Assembly (NCBI GenBank): GCA_963718875.1
Contig: OY970378.1
Location: forward strand, 477,373 to 541,372
DNA length: 64,000 bases
Origin: Candidatus Parcubacteria bacterium
GTDB taxonomy: Bacteria > Patescibacteriota > Saccharimonadia > UBA4664 > JBIOIQ01
Direction: 5' to 3'
The number at the start of each line of letters is the position of its first letter. The stretch's first letter is position 1. Below, piece by piece: positions 47,363 to 55,773 of this stretch. The notes under the pieces were generated by a model that was not told where the DNA came from, did not search any database, and worked only from the letters and a program-made list of their open reading frames with translations. The translations under genes and the position numbers were made by a program.

Positions 47363-49995
47363 CAGGTAAAAAATCTGATATCAAAGAAGGCGTCGTTGGA
47401 GTAAGGGCCGGAGGTATCATGACAGGTCAAAAAGTGGCTATTTTGGGTTTTGGCGTTGAAGGAAAGGCGGCGTATGAATATTGGAATGGCCAAGGGGCTG
47501 AAATTACAATTTGTGATGCCAAAACCGATTTGAAGCTTCCTGGTGGTGTCAAAAGCAATCTTGGGCCAGATTATCTACAAGACCTTGGTTCGTATGACCT
47601 AGTGGTACGCTCCCCAGGAGTGCCATTTTACCAGGTAAAAACGAGTGTGCCTATTACCAGTGTTACCAGGGAGTTCATGGCCAAATGCCCGGCACAGATT
47701 ATCGGGGTTACAGGAACTAAGGGAAAGGGCACAACCGCTACGCTGATTGCAAAGATATTGGAAGCTGATGGGCATAAAGTGTGGTTGGGGGGTAATATTG
47801 GTACGCCAGCTCTTGATTTCCTGGCTTCCGTACAGCCAACAGATTACGTGGTACTAGAGTTATCAAGCTTCCAGCTCGAAGATGTTACACAAAGCCCTCG
47901 GGTAGGAGTTTGCCTGATGATTGCTCCAGATCATCTGGACCACCATCGCCATATGGAGGAGTATATTCAGGCCAAGGGCAACATTTTTCGCTATCAAACC
48001 AAACAAGATGTGGCGGTCTATCATGGTGGCCAGCCTGAAACCGTCAGGTTGGGGCAGCTTTCTGTGGGGAATCACATTCCATACTGTACCCCCGGAGGGG
48101 CTTATATCCGGGACGAGCAGGTGTGGTTTCGCGACCAATCAATTTGCCCTGTGGCGTCGGTTGGATTGTTGGGGAGGCATAATCTGGAAAATGTCTGTGC
48201 GGCGGTGTCGGTTACTTATGGCCTTGTGCGCTCAAAAGAGAGCGTTGCTAGGATGGTCGCTGAGTTCAAAGGCCTGCCGCACCGGCTAGAGGAAGTCGGT
48301 GAGATAAATGGGGTGCGGTTTATCAACGACTCGTTTGCTGCCAATCCGGTTTCGGCAGTGGCGGCATTAAAGGCCTTGTCTGGGCCAAAGGTGGTGATAT
48401 TAGGTGGGTTTGACCGCCATATAGATCAATCTGAGCTTATCCAAACGGTTAAGCATGAGAACGTTCGTCAGGTGGTTTTGGTGGGGCAAACTGCTAAGAA
48501 CCTAGCGGCTTTACTTAAAAGCGAAAACTTTAGCAATTATGAGATGGGCGGGAAAACCATGGCCGAGATTGTTGAGGCTGCCAGTAACCAGGCTAAGCCC
48601 GGTGATACGGTGCTACTTTCTCCCGGAAGCCCAAGTTTTGATATGTTTCAAAATTTTAGTGATAGGGGGAACAAATTTCGGGACGCGGTTAAGCTCCTTG
48701 AGCGACAGCCTGGGGAGTACAATACGTTTATTTTTGAAGGTTACGGCTTTGACCCTGACATAAAGCAACTTGAGCTCAAGTACAGTTTTGATGGTTTGGT
48801 GCAATTTGTCGAGACTTTTAGCTTTGATTTTGAGTTTGCGCCAGACTATGACCAAGCTGCTTTAGAGCGAGCTTGTTTTGGCTTATTTATGATGGCGGGA
48901 GTGTCTTACTATAAGGCGGGTTTACCATCTGAAATTAAGATTCGTCAAGGCAGGCTGTCTCAATCTCAAGCTGATTTTTTTCAAAAGACCTACAGGTTGG
49001 GTTTAGGTGAGTTTTGTTATCGTAACAACTTACCCCTGGTAAAGCTCATGCTCCCAGTTAGCTTAGAAGTGGAGGAAGTAAGTGATATTAATGGTCTTTA
49101 TGGCAGTTTGGTGCCGGTTGGTGGCGGTAAGGACTCGCTAGTAACGATTGAGCTGCTCAGGGAAGCGGGTGAGGATATGGTTACCTGGATGGTCAATCAT
49201 AACGACCAGGTCGAGCCCCTAATAGCTAAAACCGCCCTGCCTCATATGTCGGTAACTAGACAGGTTGCCCCTGAACTGATTAGGCTGAATCAACAAGGGG
49301 CTTTAAACGGTCATGTGCCAATTTCGGCCATTCTTAACTTTGCGGGGGTAATTTCGGCCATCTTATCGGGTAGAGCAAGCCTGGTGTTGTCCAATGAGTG
49401 GTCGGCCGGAGAAGGTAATACCGAATACGAGGGAGTAATGGTCAATCATCAGTATTCAAAAAGCTTTGAGTTTGAGCAGGATTTTCAAGAATATGTAAAA
49501 TCATCGATTTCACCTTCAATTGACGTGTTTTCACTGCTGCGACCGTTGAGTGAGCTCAAAATTGCTGAAACGTTTTGTACTAAACACTTTGATAAATACG
49601 CGGAGGTGTTTTCCTCGTGTAATCGAAATTTTCACCTGGAGGATCATGCTGCTCTGTATTGGTGTGGAGAGTGTCCAAAATGCGCCTTTGTTTTTTTAAT
49701 ATTTTCGCCGTTTTTATCAAAACAAGCCTTAGTCGGCTTGTTTGAGGGTAAAAACTTGTTTGCTTCTGAAGAGCTTGAGCCTACATTTGACGAACTGCTG
49801 GGGCTCTCAGGCCACAAACCCTTTGAGTGTGTAGGTGAAATAAAGGAATGCCGGCAGGCGTTATTAATGGCTAAGGCCAAGGGAGAATACCCTGAACTTG
49901 CTCGCTACAGCTTTCCCGACCCTGAATTTGATTATAAAGAGAAACACTCAAACAATATTCCAGATCAGTTTAAGTCCTTGATTGATAAATTATGA
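47359..49995 (+). CDS. murD: UDP-MurNAc-L-Ala:glutamate ligase (MurD-like) fused to a ~430-aa C-terminal PP-loop-like domain (possible MurD2-MurL-type fusion)
   Basis: N-terminal half: Rossmann GFGVEGKAA, ligase P-loop GVTGTKGKGTT, and a C-terminal ligase domain. C-terminal half: VGGGKDS PP-loop-like motif and WCGECPKC. Confidence 0.75.
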   Translation: MTGKKSDIKEGVVGVRAGGIMTGQKVAILGFGVEGKAAYEYWNGQGAEITICDAKTDLKLPGGVKSNLGPDYLQDLGSYDLVVRSPGVPFYQVKTSVPITSVTREFMAKCPAQIIGVTGTKGKGTTATLIAKILEADGHKVWLGGNIGTPALDFLASVQPTDYVVLELSSFQLEDVTQSPRVGVCLMIAPDHLDHHRHMEEYIQAKGNIFRYQTKQDVAVYHGGQPETVRLGQLSVGNHIPYCTPGGAYIRDEQVWFRDQSICPVASVGLLGRHNLENVCAAVSVTYGLVRSKESVARMVAEFKGLPHRLEEVGEINGVRFINDSFAANPVSAVAALKALSGPKVVILGGFDRHIDQSELIQTVKHENVRQVVLVGQTAKNLAALLKSENFSNYEMGGKTMAEIVEAASNQAKPGDTVLLSPGSPSFDMFQNFSDRGNKFRDAVKLLERQPGEYNTFIFEGYGFDPDIKQLELKYSFDGLVQFVETFSFDFEFAPDYDQAALERACFGLFMMAGVSYYKAGLPSEIKIRQGRLSQSQADFFQKTYRLGLGEFCYRNNLPLVKLMLPVSLEVEEVSDINGLYGSLVPVGGGKDSLVTIELLREAGEDMVTWMVNHNDQVEPLIAKTALPHMSVTRQVAPELIRLNQQGALNGHVPISAILNFAGVISAILSGRASLVLSNEWSAGEGNTEYEGVMVNHQYSKSFEFEQDFQEYVKSSISPSIDVFSLLRPLSELKIAETFCTKHFDKYAEVFSSCNRNFHLEDHAALYWCGECPKCAFVFLIFSPFLSKQALVGLFEGKNLFASEELEPTFDELLGLSGHKPFECVGEIKECRQALLMAKAKGEYPELARYSFPDPEFDYKEKHSNNIPDQFKSLIDKL

Positions 49996-50813
49996 CTTCG
50001 AAACGAGTTGTTATTATAACAGGTGTGTCCCGGGGGATAGGCTTGGCTACGGCTAGGTTGTTTAGCGAGCAGGGCTGGGTAGTGGTGGGAACAGTGCGTA
50101 GCCATCCGTCCAAAGGTGATAATAAAGGCAAAAAATATCCACCTGAGCTGGCGGCTACGGCCATTGATGTGCAGATAGCGGAAATGACTAGTTTGACAGA
50201 TATAGAACGGGTGACAAAAAAAACCTTTACGACCTATGGTCGTATTGACGCTGTAGTGGCAAATGCTGGCTACGGTTTACTGGGGGCCTTGGATACCCTG
50301 GATCATGATCAGATTGTTGATCAAATTGCGGTTAATACTGTGGCTGTAGCTGATCTCGCTCGTGTCGTTTTACCAATTATGCGCAAACAAAAAAATGGTG
50401 TGGTTGTGGCCGTATCGAGCGTGGCGGGTCGTATAGGGTTCCCCGGATATAGCATATACAATGCCAGTAAATTTGCGATTGAGGGCATGTTTGAGGCGCT
50501 CAGCTACGAGGTGGAGGGCAGCGGTATTAGGGTCAAGTTGATAGAGCCGAGTACGGTTAAAACTGATTTTTGGGGTCCGAGCGCTCATTTTAGTAAAATT
50601 GTTAAAAATTACTGGACGCAGCGGACCATGAGACACGCACAGGGAGTTACCCGGGGGCTTTCGAGTGATGGGGTCGCTAAGGTGGTGTATAAAGCCGCAA
50701 CGGATAAAAAAGCTAAATTACACTACCCAGTTGGCTTGACCCGGTGGGGAGTACTGGTAAAGCGTTTTTTACCCGACCGTTGGTTTAGAGGCATTGTTAA
50801 GCGCTTTTTATAA
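49992..50813 (+). CDS. short-chain dehydrogenase/reductase (SDR)
   Basis: TGVSRGIG cofactor motif, NAG, YNASK catalytic motif. Confidence 0.85.
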   Translation: MTSKRVVIITGVSRGIGLATARLFSEQGWVVVGTVRSHPSKGDNKGKKYPPELAATAIDVQIAEMTSLTDIERVTKKTFTTYGRIDAVVANAGYGLLGALDTLDHDQIVDQIAVNTVAVADLARVVLPIMRKQKNGVVVAVSSVAGRIGFPGYSIYNASKFAIEGMFEALSYEVEGSGIRVKLIEPSTVKTDFWGPSAHFSKIVKNYWTQRTMRHAQGVTRGLSSDGVAKVVYKAATDKKAKLHYPVGLTRWGVLVKRFLPDRWFRGIVKRFL

Positions 50814-50963
50814 AGTTTAAATCTGTTGGCACATCCTCCTAAATTAGTTGGCATAGTGCTAGTAAAATTCGCTATAAAAGGTATAAAGTTTGTAATTGTA
50901 ACCAATTATACTTACCGTGTCATTGAATTTTAAAGCTTATGTTTAGCACAAGTACTAAAAGTA

Positions 50964-50992
50964 TTGACTTTAATTACTCAATGTGGTATATT
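50964..50992 (+). promoter_or_regulatory. sigma70 promoter TTGACT-N17-TATATT followed by a ~110-nt structured leader (15-bp enclosing stem GCGGGGATTTGTGAG/CTCACAAACCCCCGC, 51003-51110)
   Basis: Hexamers and the long-range stem were seen directly. Confidence 0.45.
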
Positions 50993-51180
50993 GAATTATC
51001 TTCGTTTTTTGCGGGGATTTGTGAGAGTGGCCAATGCCATATGGCCTTGATGCGAGAGTATCAAATAACTATTTTTCCGAACCGCTAAGATCGTTCGGCT
51101 CACAAACCCCCGCATTAAAGACGGCGACCTTTGACAGTCGAATAATCTAAGATCATTAGAGAAACGGCTTGCAACTTTGG

Positions 51181-51300
51181 CTTATTTCGTCGTTGCAGCT
51201 TGCGCTCCGCACTCACCGTACCATTAAGTACGGTTCGCTTGCGGTGCTCGCTGCGCCTAGAACTAAGTCCAGATTTGCAAGCCTTGCAAGAAGTACAAAT
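51181..51300. repeat. palindromic repeat family, copy C (upstream border of the GC-rich island)
   Basis: Shares gcgctccgcactc...ttcgcttgcggtgctcg with the copies at 9421, 10196 and 55491. Confidence 0.55.
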
Positions 51301-51512
51301 ACAAATCTAATACAAAATACTTGCTTCGCATTAACCTGCAAGCAGTTATTGTTTCGTTAACTAGGGGAGACCTATGATGTTAGCGAAACGTTATCTGCTT
51401 GCATGAAACTGTGCAAGCGAGGATTCGACACTTAGTCGAATTCAGTTGCTCTACCGAACATACAGAAACCACAGACCAGGGTGAGAACTCTGGCAGAGCA
51501 AAGGAAAAGACC

Positions 51513-52448
51513 ATGTCCGACCAGACCGGAGGACCCGGTACCACCGCCCCACCCCGCCGACCCACGCTCCAGGAGCTCGCCGACCAGGCGAGAGCCACGA
51601 TCGAGGAGCAGGCTCGACAGGCGAATGACCTCCAGGGTCAGCGCTCCGCCATCAACGCGATCAGCGGTCGAGTGGCGCAGCACGACGACGCCATCGCTGA
51701 CCTCCGGGACGCTTCGGCCCAGCAGGCCGACGCCGTGGACCGCCTCGGCCAGCGCACGCTGGTGGTCGAGGGACGCACGGACTCGTTGGAGGACTTGGCT
51801 CGCGCCAACGCCGCCGGCGTGGCCGGGCTGACCGCCAACATGGCTGACCTGACCACCAACGTCAACACGCTGGCCACCACGGTGGGCCAGCACGACACCC
51901 GTCTCGACGCCGTCGAGGACGCCGTGACGCCGGCCGCTATGCGGACGGTCGTCACCGAGGTGGTCGAGGAGCGCATGCGCGCTGTTCGGTTCAACTGGGT
52001 GGCCTTCGCCGTGGTGGCGATCGTGGGCTTCATCATCGACCTGTTGGTGTTCTCCGAGATGGGGAGCTTCAACAGCGCCGAGGCGCCGAAGCTCTCCAAG
52101 CACCTCACGGACGTCATGCACACGCAGAACTTCCTGGCCGTCATGCTCGTTGTCCTGGCCCTCGCCATACTCATCGCCCTCATCGTTCCGGTGGTCGGGC
52201 AGGACGAGCGTCCCAGGCAGGACCGCCAGCCCAGGCCGCCTCGGCAGCCCGGATCCGGCGGTGGTTTCATGGCCGGTCTTCGCAACGTTTGGAGGAGGGG
52301 TCGCGGTACGCCCGCTGCCACTGCGCCCATCCCGGCCAACTCCACGCCGGTGGCGACGACGAACCCGTCGGCCTCGTCCAACGCGCCCACTCAGGTGCTG
52401 CCGGCGGTGCCGACGTCCGGTCCGACGCCCTCATCGGGCAACCCGTAG
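51513..52448 (+). CDS. GC-rich (~68%) foreign gene: coiled-coil membrane protein with two TM helices and a Pro/Ser/Thr-rich tail
   Basis: AGGAAAAG precedes the ATG. GC3 ~90%. Ala/Asp-rich heptad-like N-terminal region, then two hydrophobic helices. The overlapping antisense ORFs are GC-shadow ORFs. Confidence 0.6.
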   Translation: MSDQTGGPGTTAPPRRPTLQELADQARATIEEQARQANDLQGQRSAINAISGRVAQHDDAIADLRDASAQQADAVDRLGQRTLVVEGRTDSLEDLARANAAGVAGLTANMADLTTNVNTLATTVGQHDTRLDAVEDAVTPAAMRTVVTEVVEERMRAVRFNWVAFAVVAIVGFIIDLLVFSEMGSFNSAEAPKLSKHLTDVMHTQNFLAVMLVVLALAILIALIVPVVGQDERPRQDRQPRPPRQPGSGGGFMAGLRNVWRRGRGTPAATAPIPANSTPVATTNPSASSNAPTQVLPAVPTSGPTPSSGNP

Positions 52449-52518
52449 TCCACGCGGTTCTTCAAGTGGATTGTCCCAATTCAAATACCTCCTAGCGTCA
52501 AGCAAAGAGGGAACAACC

Positions 52519-52549
52519 CTCTGTCCGCCCTTCGGGGCGGACAGAGGAG
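52519..52549 (+). terminator. 13-bp perfect hairpin (cctctgtccgccc-ttcg-gggcggacagagg)
   Basis: Seen directly, between the two island genes. Confidence 0.55.
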
Positions 52550-52647
52550 CAACTTTTACTTCCATGGATAGTAGTCCGCGTGAGAAGCAATTCTTACTCG
52601 GTTTCTGTTCATGGTGCAATCGGCACCCAAACGATAAGGAGGGTGCC

Positions 52648-53826
52648 ATGAGCACCAGAAGAGGTCCTGTTCTGATCATCGTGTGTCTGCTGATGGCAGC
52701 GGGGGCTTTGCTGTTCAAGTACGGCAACGGCCCAACGCCGGCAGTGGCACAGACGCCGCCCACGGTGCCCGTTTCGGACGTCTGCAAGGACGTCCCGGGC
52801 AACGTGCCGAGGTGGTTTGCCAAGGAGACCGACGGCAACAAGTTCGGTCCGGCGGCTCCGTTTGACCTTGGTCCCGCCAGGAAGGCTCAGCACGAGGTCC
52901 TGTGCCTCGACCCGGCCAACCTGGTGATCACCCAGGAGACCATCGACGGGAAGTTCAGCAGTCCGGCAAACCGGGCTGCCCGGACTCGCGTTCTCGTTGC
53001 CAACCCCACTGCGCGGTTGGCAGCGGTGGCCTATGTGCAGGCAGAGTTGGCCAAGGCCAAGGAGGTTCGGCTGGAGGTCCACACGGGACCCTACCAGACC
53101 TTCTACATGACCACCGACGGCGACGTGCCGGAGGTGTTCCAGTCTGCAGGGAGCTTCACCGAGGCACGGCACGTTCTCGTGTACGACTTCGGTAACGGTC
53201 GCACGGTCAACTTCGTACTGGAGTGCAACTTCCAGGGGGAGTTCCCCGGGCCGGTCAAGAACGTGCCGGTGGCAACGCCGGGCACTGTGCCGGCGCTGGT
53301 TCAGCCGGGGCCCACCAGCCCGCCGCCGACGACGTGCCAGTCGACCAACACCTGTTCGACCGTGACCAGCCCACCGCCCGTGTGCTGCGGACCGCCCCCG
53401 ACGACGTGTCAGGTCAACTGCGGTCCGCCCCCGACGACGTGTCAGGTCAACTGCGGTCCGCCGCCGACGACGTGTCAGGTCAACTGCGGTCCGCCGCCGA
53501 CGACGTGTCAGGTCAACTGCGGTCCGCCGCCGACCGTTTGCACACACAAGTGCGCGGGAGAGGACGTTGCGGTCAGTCCGAGTCTGGATCCTGTCGTTTC
53601 GGGACTGGCTGCGGGCAATGCCGCACCCACTGCGGTGGCAACACCGGTCGTGACGGCGCCTCCGGCGCCGCCTCCGCCCGTGACCACAGCCACGCCACCC
53701 GTGACGGCTCTGCCGTCCTCCGATGGCGTGGCAGCTCCACCGCCTGTAGTGGCTCCACCGTACGTGGCGCCCGATGCGGGCACTCCGTCCAACCCGACGA
53801 CGGGAACCATTCCGCCGCCGCCGTAG
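52648..53826 (+). CDS. GC-rich foreign gene: secreted/membrane-anchored protein with five CGPPPTTCQVN Cys-containing tandem repeats and a Pro-rich tail
   Basis: AAGGAGGG Shine-Dalgarno precedes the ATG at 52648. N-terminal hydrophobic signal/anchor. Repeats of 33 bp at 53386-53553. Confidence 0.6.
   Translation: MSTRRGPVLIIVCLLMAAGALLFKYGNGPTPAVAQTPPTVPVSDVCKDVPGNVPRWFAKETDGNKFGPAAPFDLGPARKAQHEVLCLDPANLVITQETIDGKFSSPANRAARTRVLVANPTARLAAVAYVQAELAKAKEVRLEVHTGPYQTFYMTTDGDVPEVFQSAGSFTEARHVLVYDFGNGRTVNFVLECNFQGEFPGPVKNVPVATPGTVPALVQPGPTSPPPTTCQSTNTCSTVTSPPPVCCGPPPTTCQVNCGPPPTTCQVNCGPPPTTCQVNCGPPPTTCQVNCGPPPTVCTHKCAGEDVAVSPSLDPVVSGLAAGNAAPTAVATPVVTAPPAPPPPVTTATPPVTALPSSDGVAAPPPVVAPPYVAPDAGTPSNPTTGTIPPPP
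53386..53553 (+). repeat. 33-bp tandem repeat x5 (ggtccgcc[c/g]ccgacgacgtgtcaggtcaactgc) encoding GPPPTTCQVNC
   Basis: Four near-identical copies plus one degenerate copy, seen directly. Confidence 0.85.
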
Positions 53827-54037
53827 GACACCACTTCTGCCCATTCGGGCAGGGGTCTACCCCAGGGTCTGGGGTGGTGCGCAAGCGCCACCCCGCCCTG
53901 TGGGTATACATATTCTTAATGATTTTGGATTATTCGATTGCTCCAAGGGTTAGTGCCCTTTAACATTTAGCGTCCAACTTAACTTGTAGATCATATTAAA
54001 TTCATTTTAACGTTCATTATTTAAAAGGAGAGCACAT

Positions 54038-55318
54038 ATGAAAGCTCAAATTCTCAAGCGAATTGCTGCTAGTGTTGCAGTGCTCGCTATCGGCCTGGTT
54101 CCTTTTGTTGCTGGCGCTGCTAGCAACTGGGGTCCTGCCCGTCCTGCTCTAACCTACAATGGCAACAACACTCCAGGTGCTGACCATGTAGTGTTTAACT
54201 CATTTACCAATAACCCTAACTATGGTGATGAGCGTGCGTTTTTTGATGGTAAGTCTGCCACTAACACCACAACTGGTGGTTACCAAGACACCATTAACGT
54301 AGATACTAATGGCGAATATCTGTTACGCATTTACGTTCACAACAATGCCGATCCTACGCTTAACGCTGGTGGTACCGGTATTGCTCGTAACACTAAAGTT
54401 CGGGTAGCTTTGCCGACCAATACAGATCGTAGCCTACGGGCCAACGCCTTTATTTCGGCTGACAATGCTAATCCAGGTACGGTGTTTGACTCAGTCGATT
54501 TCCAGACTACTGGAGCTTCAAACTTTGGTTTAAGCTATGTGCCTGGCTCGGCTAAAATCTACACTAATGTTACCCCCGCTGGCCGGGCTGTTAACGATAG
54601 TATCGTTGGCGCCGGTGCCCCTATTGGTTACGAAACCAACGATGGCAATATGCCTGGATGTTTCCAGTTTACTGCCTTCGTGACCTTGAAAGTTAGGGTT
54701 AACGCCCCTTTGTTAACGCTCAAAAAACAAGTTAAGTTAAACGACAGTGACGCTTGGACCTCAAGCGTTAACGCTAAACCCGGTGATTCAGTTTCATGGT
54801 TGATAACATTTAACAACACTGGAACTGCTCAAGTTGACAACATGATTGTCCGTGACCAATTACCTCCTCATGTAACGGTGGTCCCTGGATCAGTTATGTG
54901 GTTCGACACCCGCCGCCCTAATGGTCAACAGATGCCAGATGGTGCGCTGTTTACCACGGGAGGTATAAATGTCGGTAGCTACGCTGCTGGTGGTGGCGGT
55001 TACATCCGTTTCCGTACCACGTTGAACAATGACTTTACTGCTTGCAGTACAACCATTAACAACAACAGCTTTGTAAAAGCTACTAACATGCCTGAGATTT
55101 CAGCTTCAGCTGGAGTGGTAGTAACAAAGGTTTGTACAACTACAACTACTGTTACTCCTCCTCCTGTAGTGACCCCTCCTCCGGTAACCCCTCCCGCTCT
55201 TCCTGCTACTGGTGCCGAAGGTGCCTTAGCTGGAATATTCGGTACAGCCGGTATCGGTTACAGTCTGCGCTCATACTTGCGCAGCAAACGTGGCCTTATC
55301 GATTCTTTGAAACGATAA
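54038..55318 (+). CDS. LPXTG-anchored cell-surface protein (sortase substrate)
   Basis: Signal peptide. C-terminal LPATG followed by a hydrophobic stretch and a basic tail, after a TTTTVTPPPVVTPPPVTPP linker. Terminator hairpin at 55441-55475. Confidence 0.8.
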   Translation: MKAQILKRIAASVAVLAIGLVPFVAGAASNWGPARPALTYNGNNTPGADHVVFNSFTNNPNYGDERAFFDGKSATNTTTGGYQDTINVDTNGEYLLRIYVHNNADPTLNAGGTGIARNTKVRVALPTNTDRSLRANAFISADNANPGTVFDSVDFQTTGASNFGLSYVPGSAKIYTNVTPAGRAVNDSIVGAGAPIGYETNDGNMPGCFQFTAFVTLKVRVNAPLLTLKKQVKLNDSDAWTSSVNAKPGDSVSWLITFNNTGTAQVDNMIVRDQLPPHVTVVPGSVMWFDTRRPNGQQMPDGALFTTGGINVGSYAAGGGGYIRFRTTLNNDFTACSTTINNNSFVKATNMPEISASAGVVVTKVCTTTTTVTPPPVVTPPPVTPPALPATGAEGALAGIFGTAGIGYSLRSYLRSKRGLIDSLKR

Positions 55319-55490
55319 GCATCAAAGTCGAGAGTCGAAAGTTGTGAGCTGGGGTTTGTCCCTCACTCATGACTCAACACTCAAAACTCATGACGTTTAG
55401 GATCGGGGCTTGCCCCGTAACAGGCGCTTGCCGCAAAGCAAGTAATCAAAAAGACTCCCCATTGAACGGGAGTCTTTTTGTGTCTGAGGC

Positions 55491-55628
55491 AGAACTTACG
55501 CACGTGGCACATTTCGGCGCAAAGACTGCGCTCCGCACTCGTCCCCGGATCAAGTCCGGGGCAGGCTAGCGCTTGTTGCGGTGCTCGTCTTTGCATCCGA
55601 ACTGCACTCACGTGCGTAAGTTCTGGGG
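55491..55628. repeat. palindromic repeat family, copy D (ends aacttacgcacgtg / cacgtgcgtaagtt form a perfect 14-bp inverted repeat)
   Basis: Matches copy B end to end and shares the core with copies A and C. Confidence 0.6.
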
Positions 55629-55773
55629 CAGGATCTGGACGCTCATCCGGCTAAGAGTTACTGAAACGGAGCATCCTCACCAGGGCGGGGACTTCCTGTT
55701 TAGCATGACAATTGGAGGTTAGATGCTCTTAAAACGAAGGTGATTTAGTCGTTGCTAGGGTATAATTAGGCTT

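Noticed and set aside
51432-53891. Long minus-strand and alternative-frame ORFs (for example 51638..52390 -, 52609..53844 -, 52150..53826 N-terminal extension, 53223..53963 +) across the GC island
   Set aside because: High GC suppresses stop codons in all frames. The + strand frames have GC3 ~90% with coherent SD/ATG starts at 51513 and 52648; the others have Arg/Pro/Gly-biased translations typical of GC-shadow ORFs.
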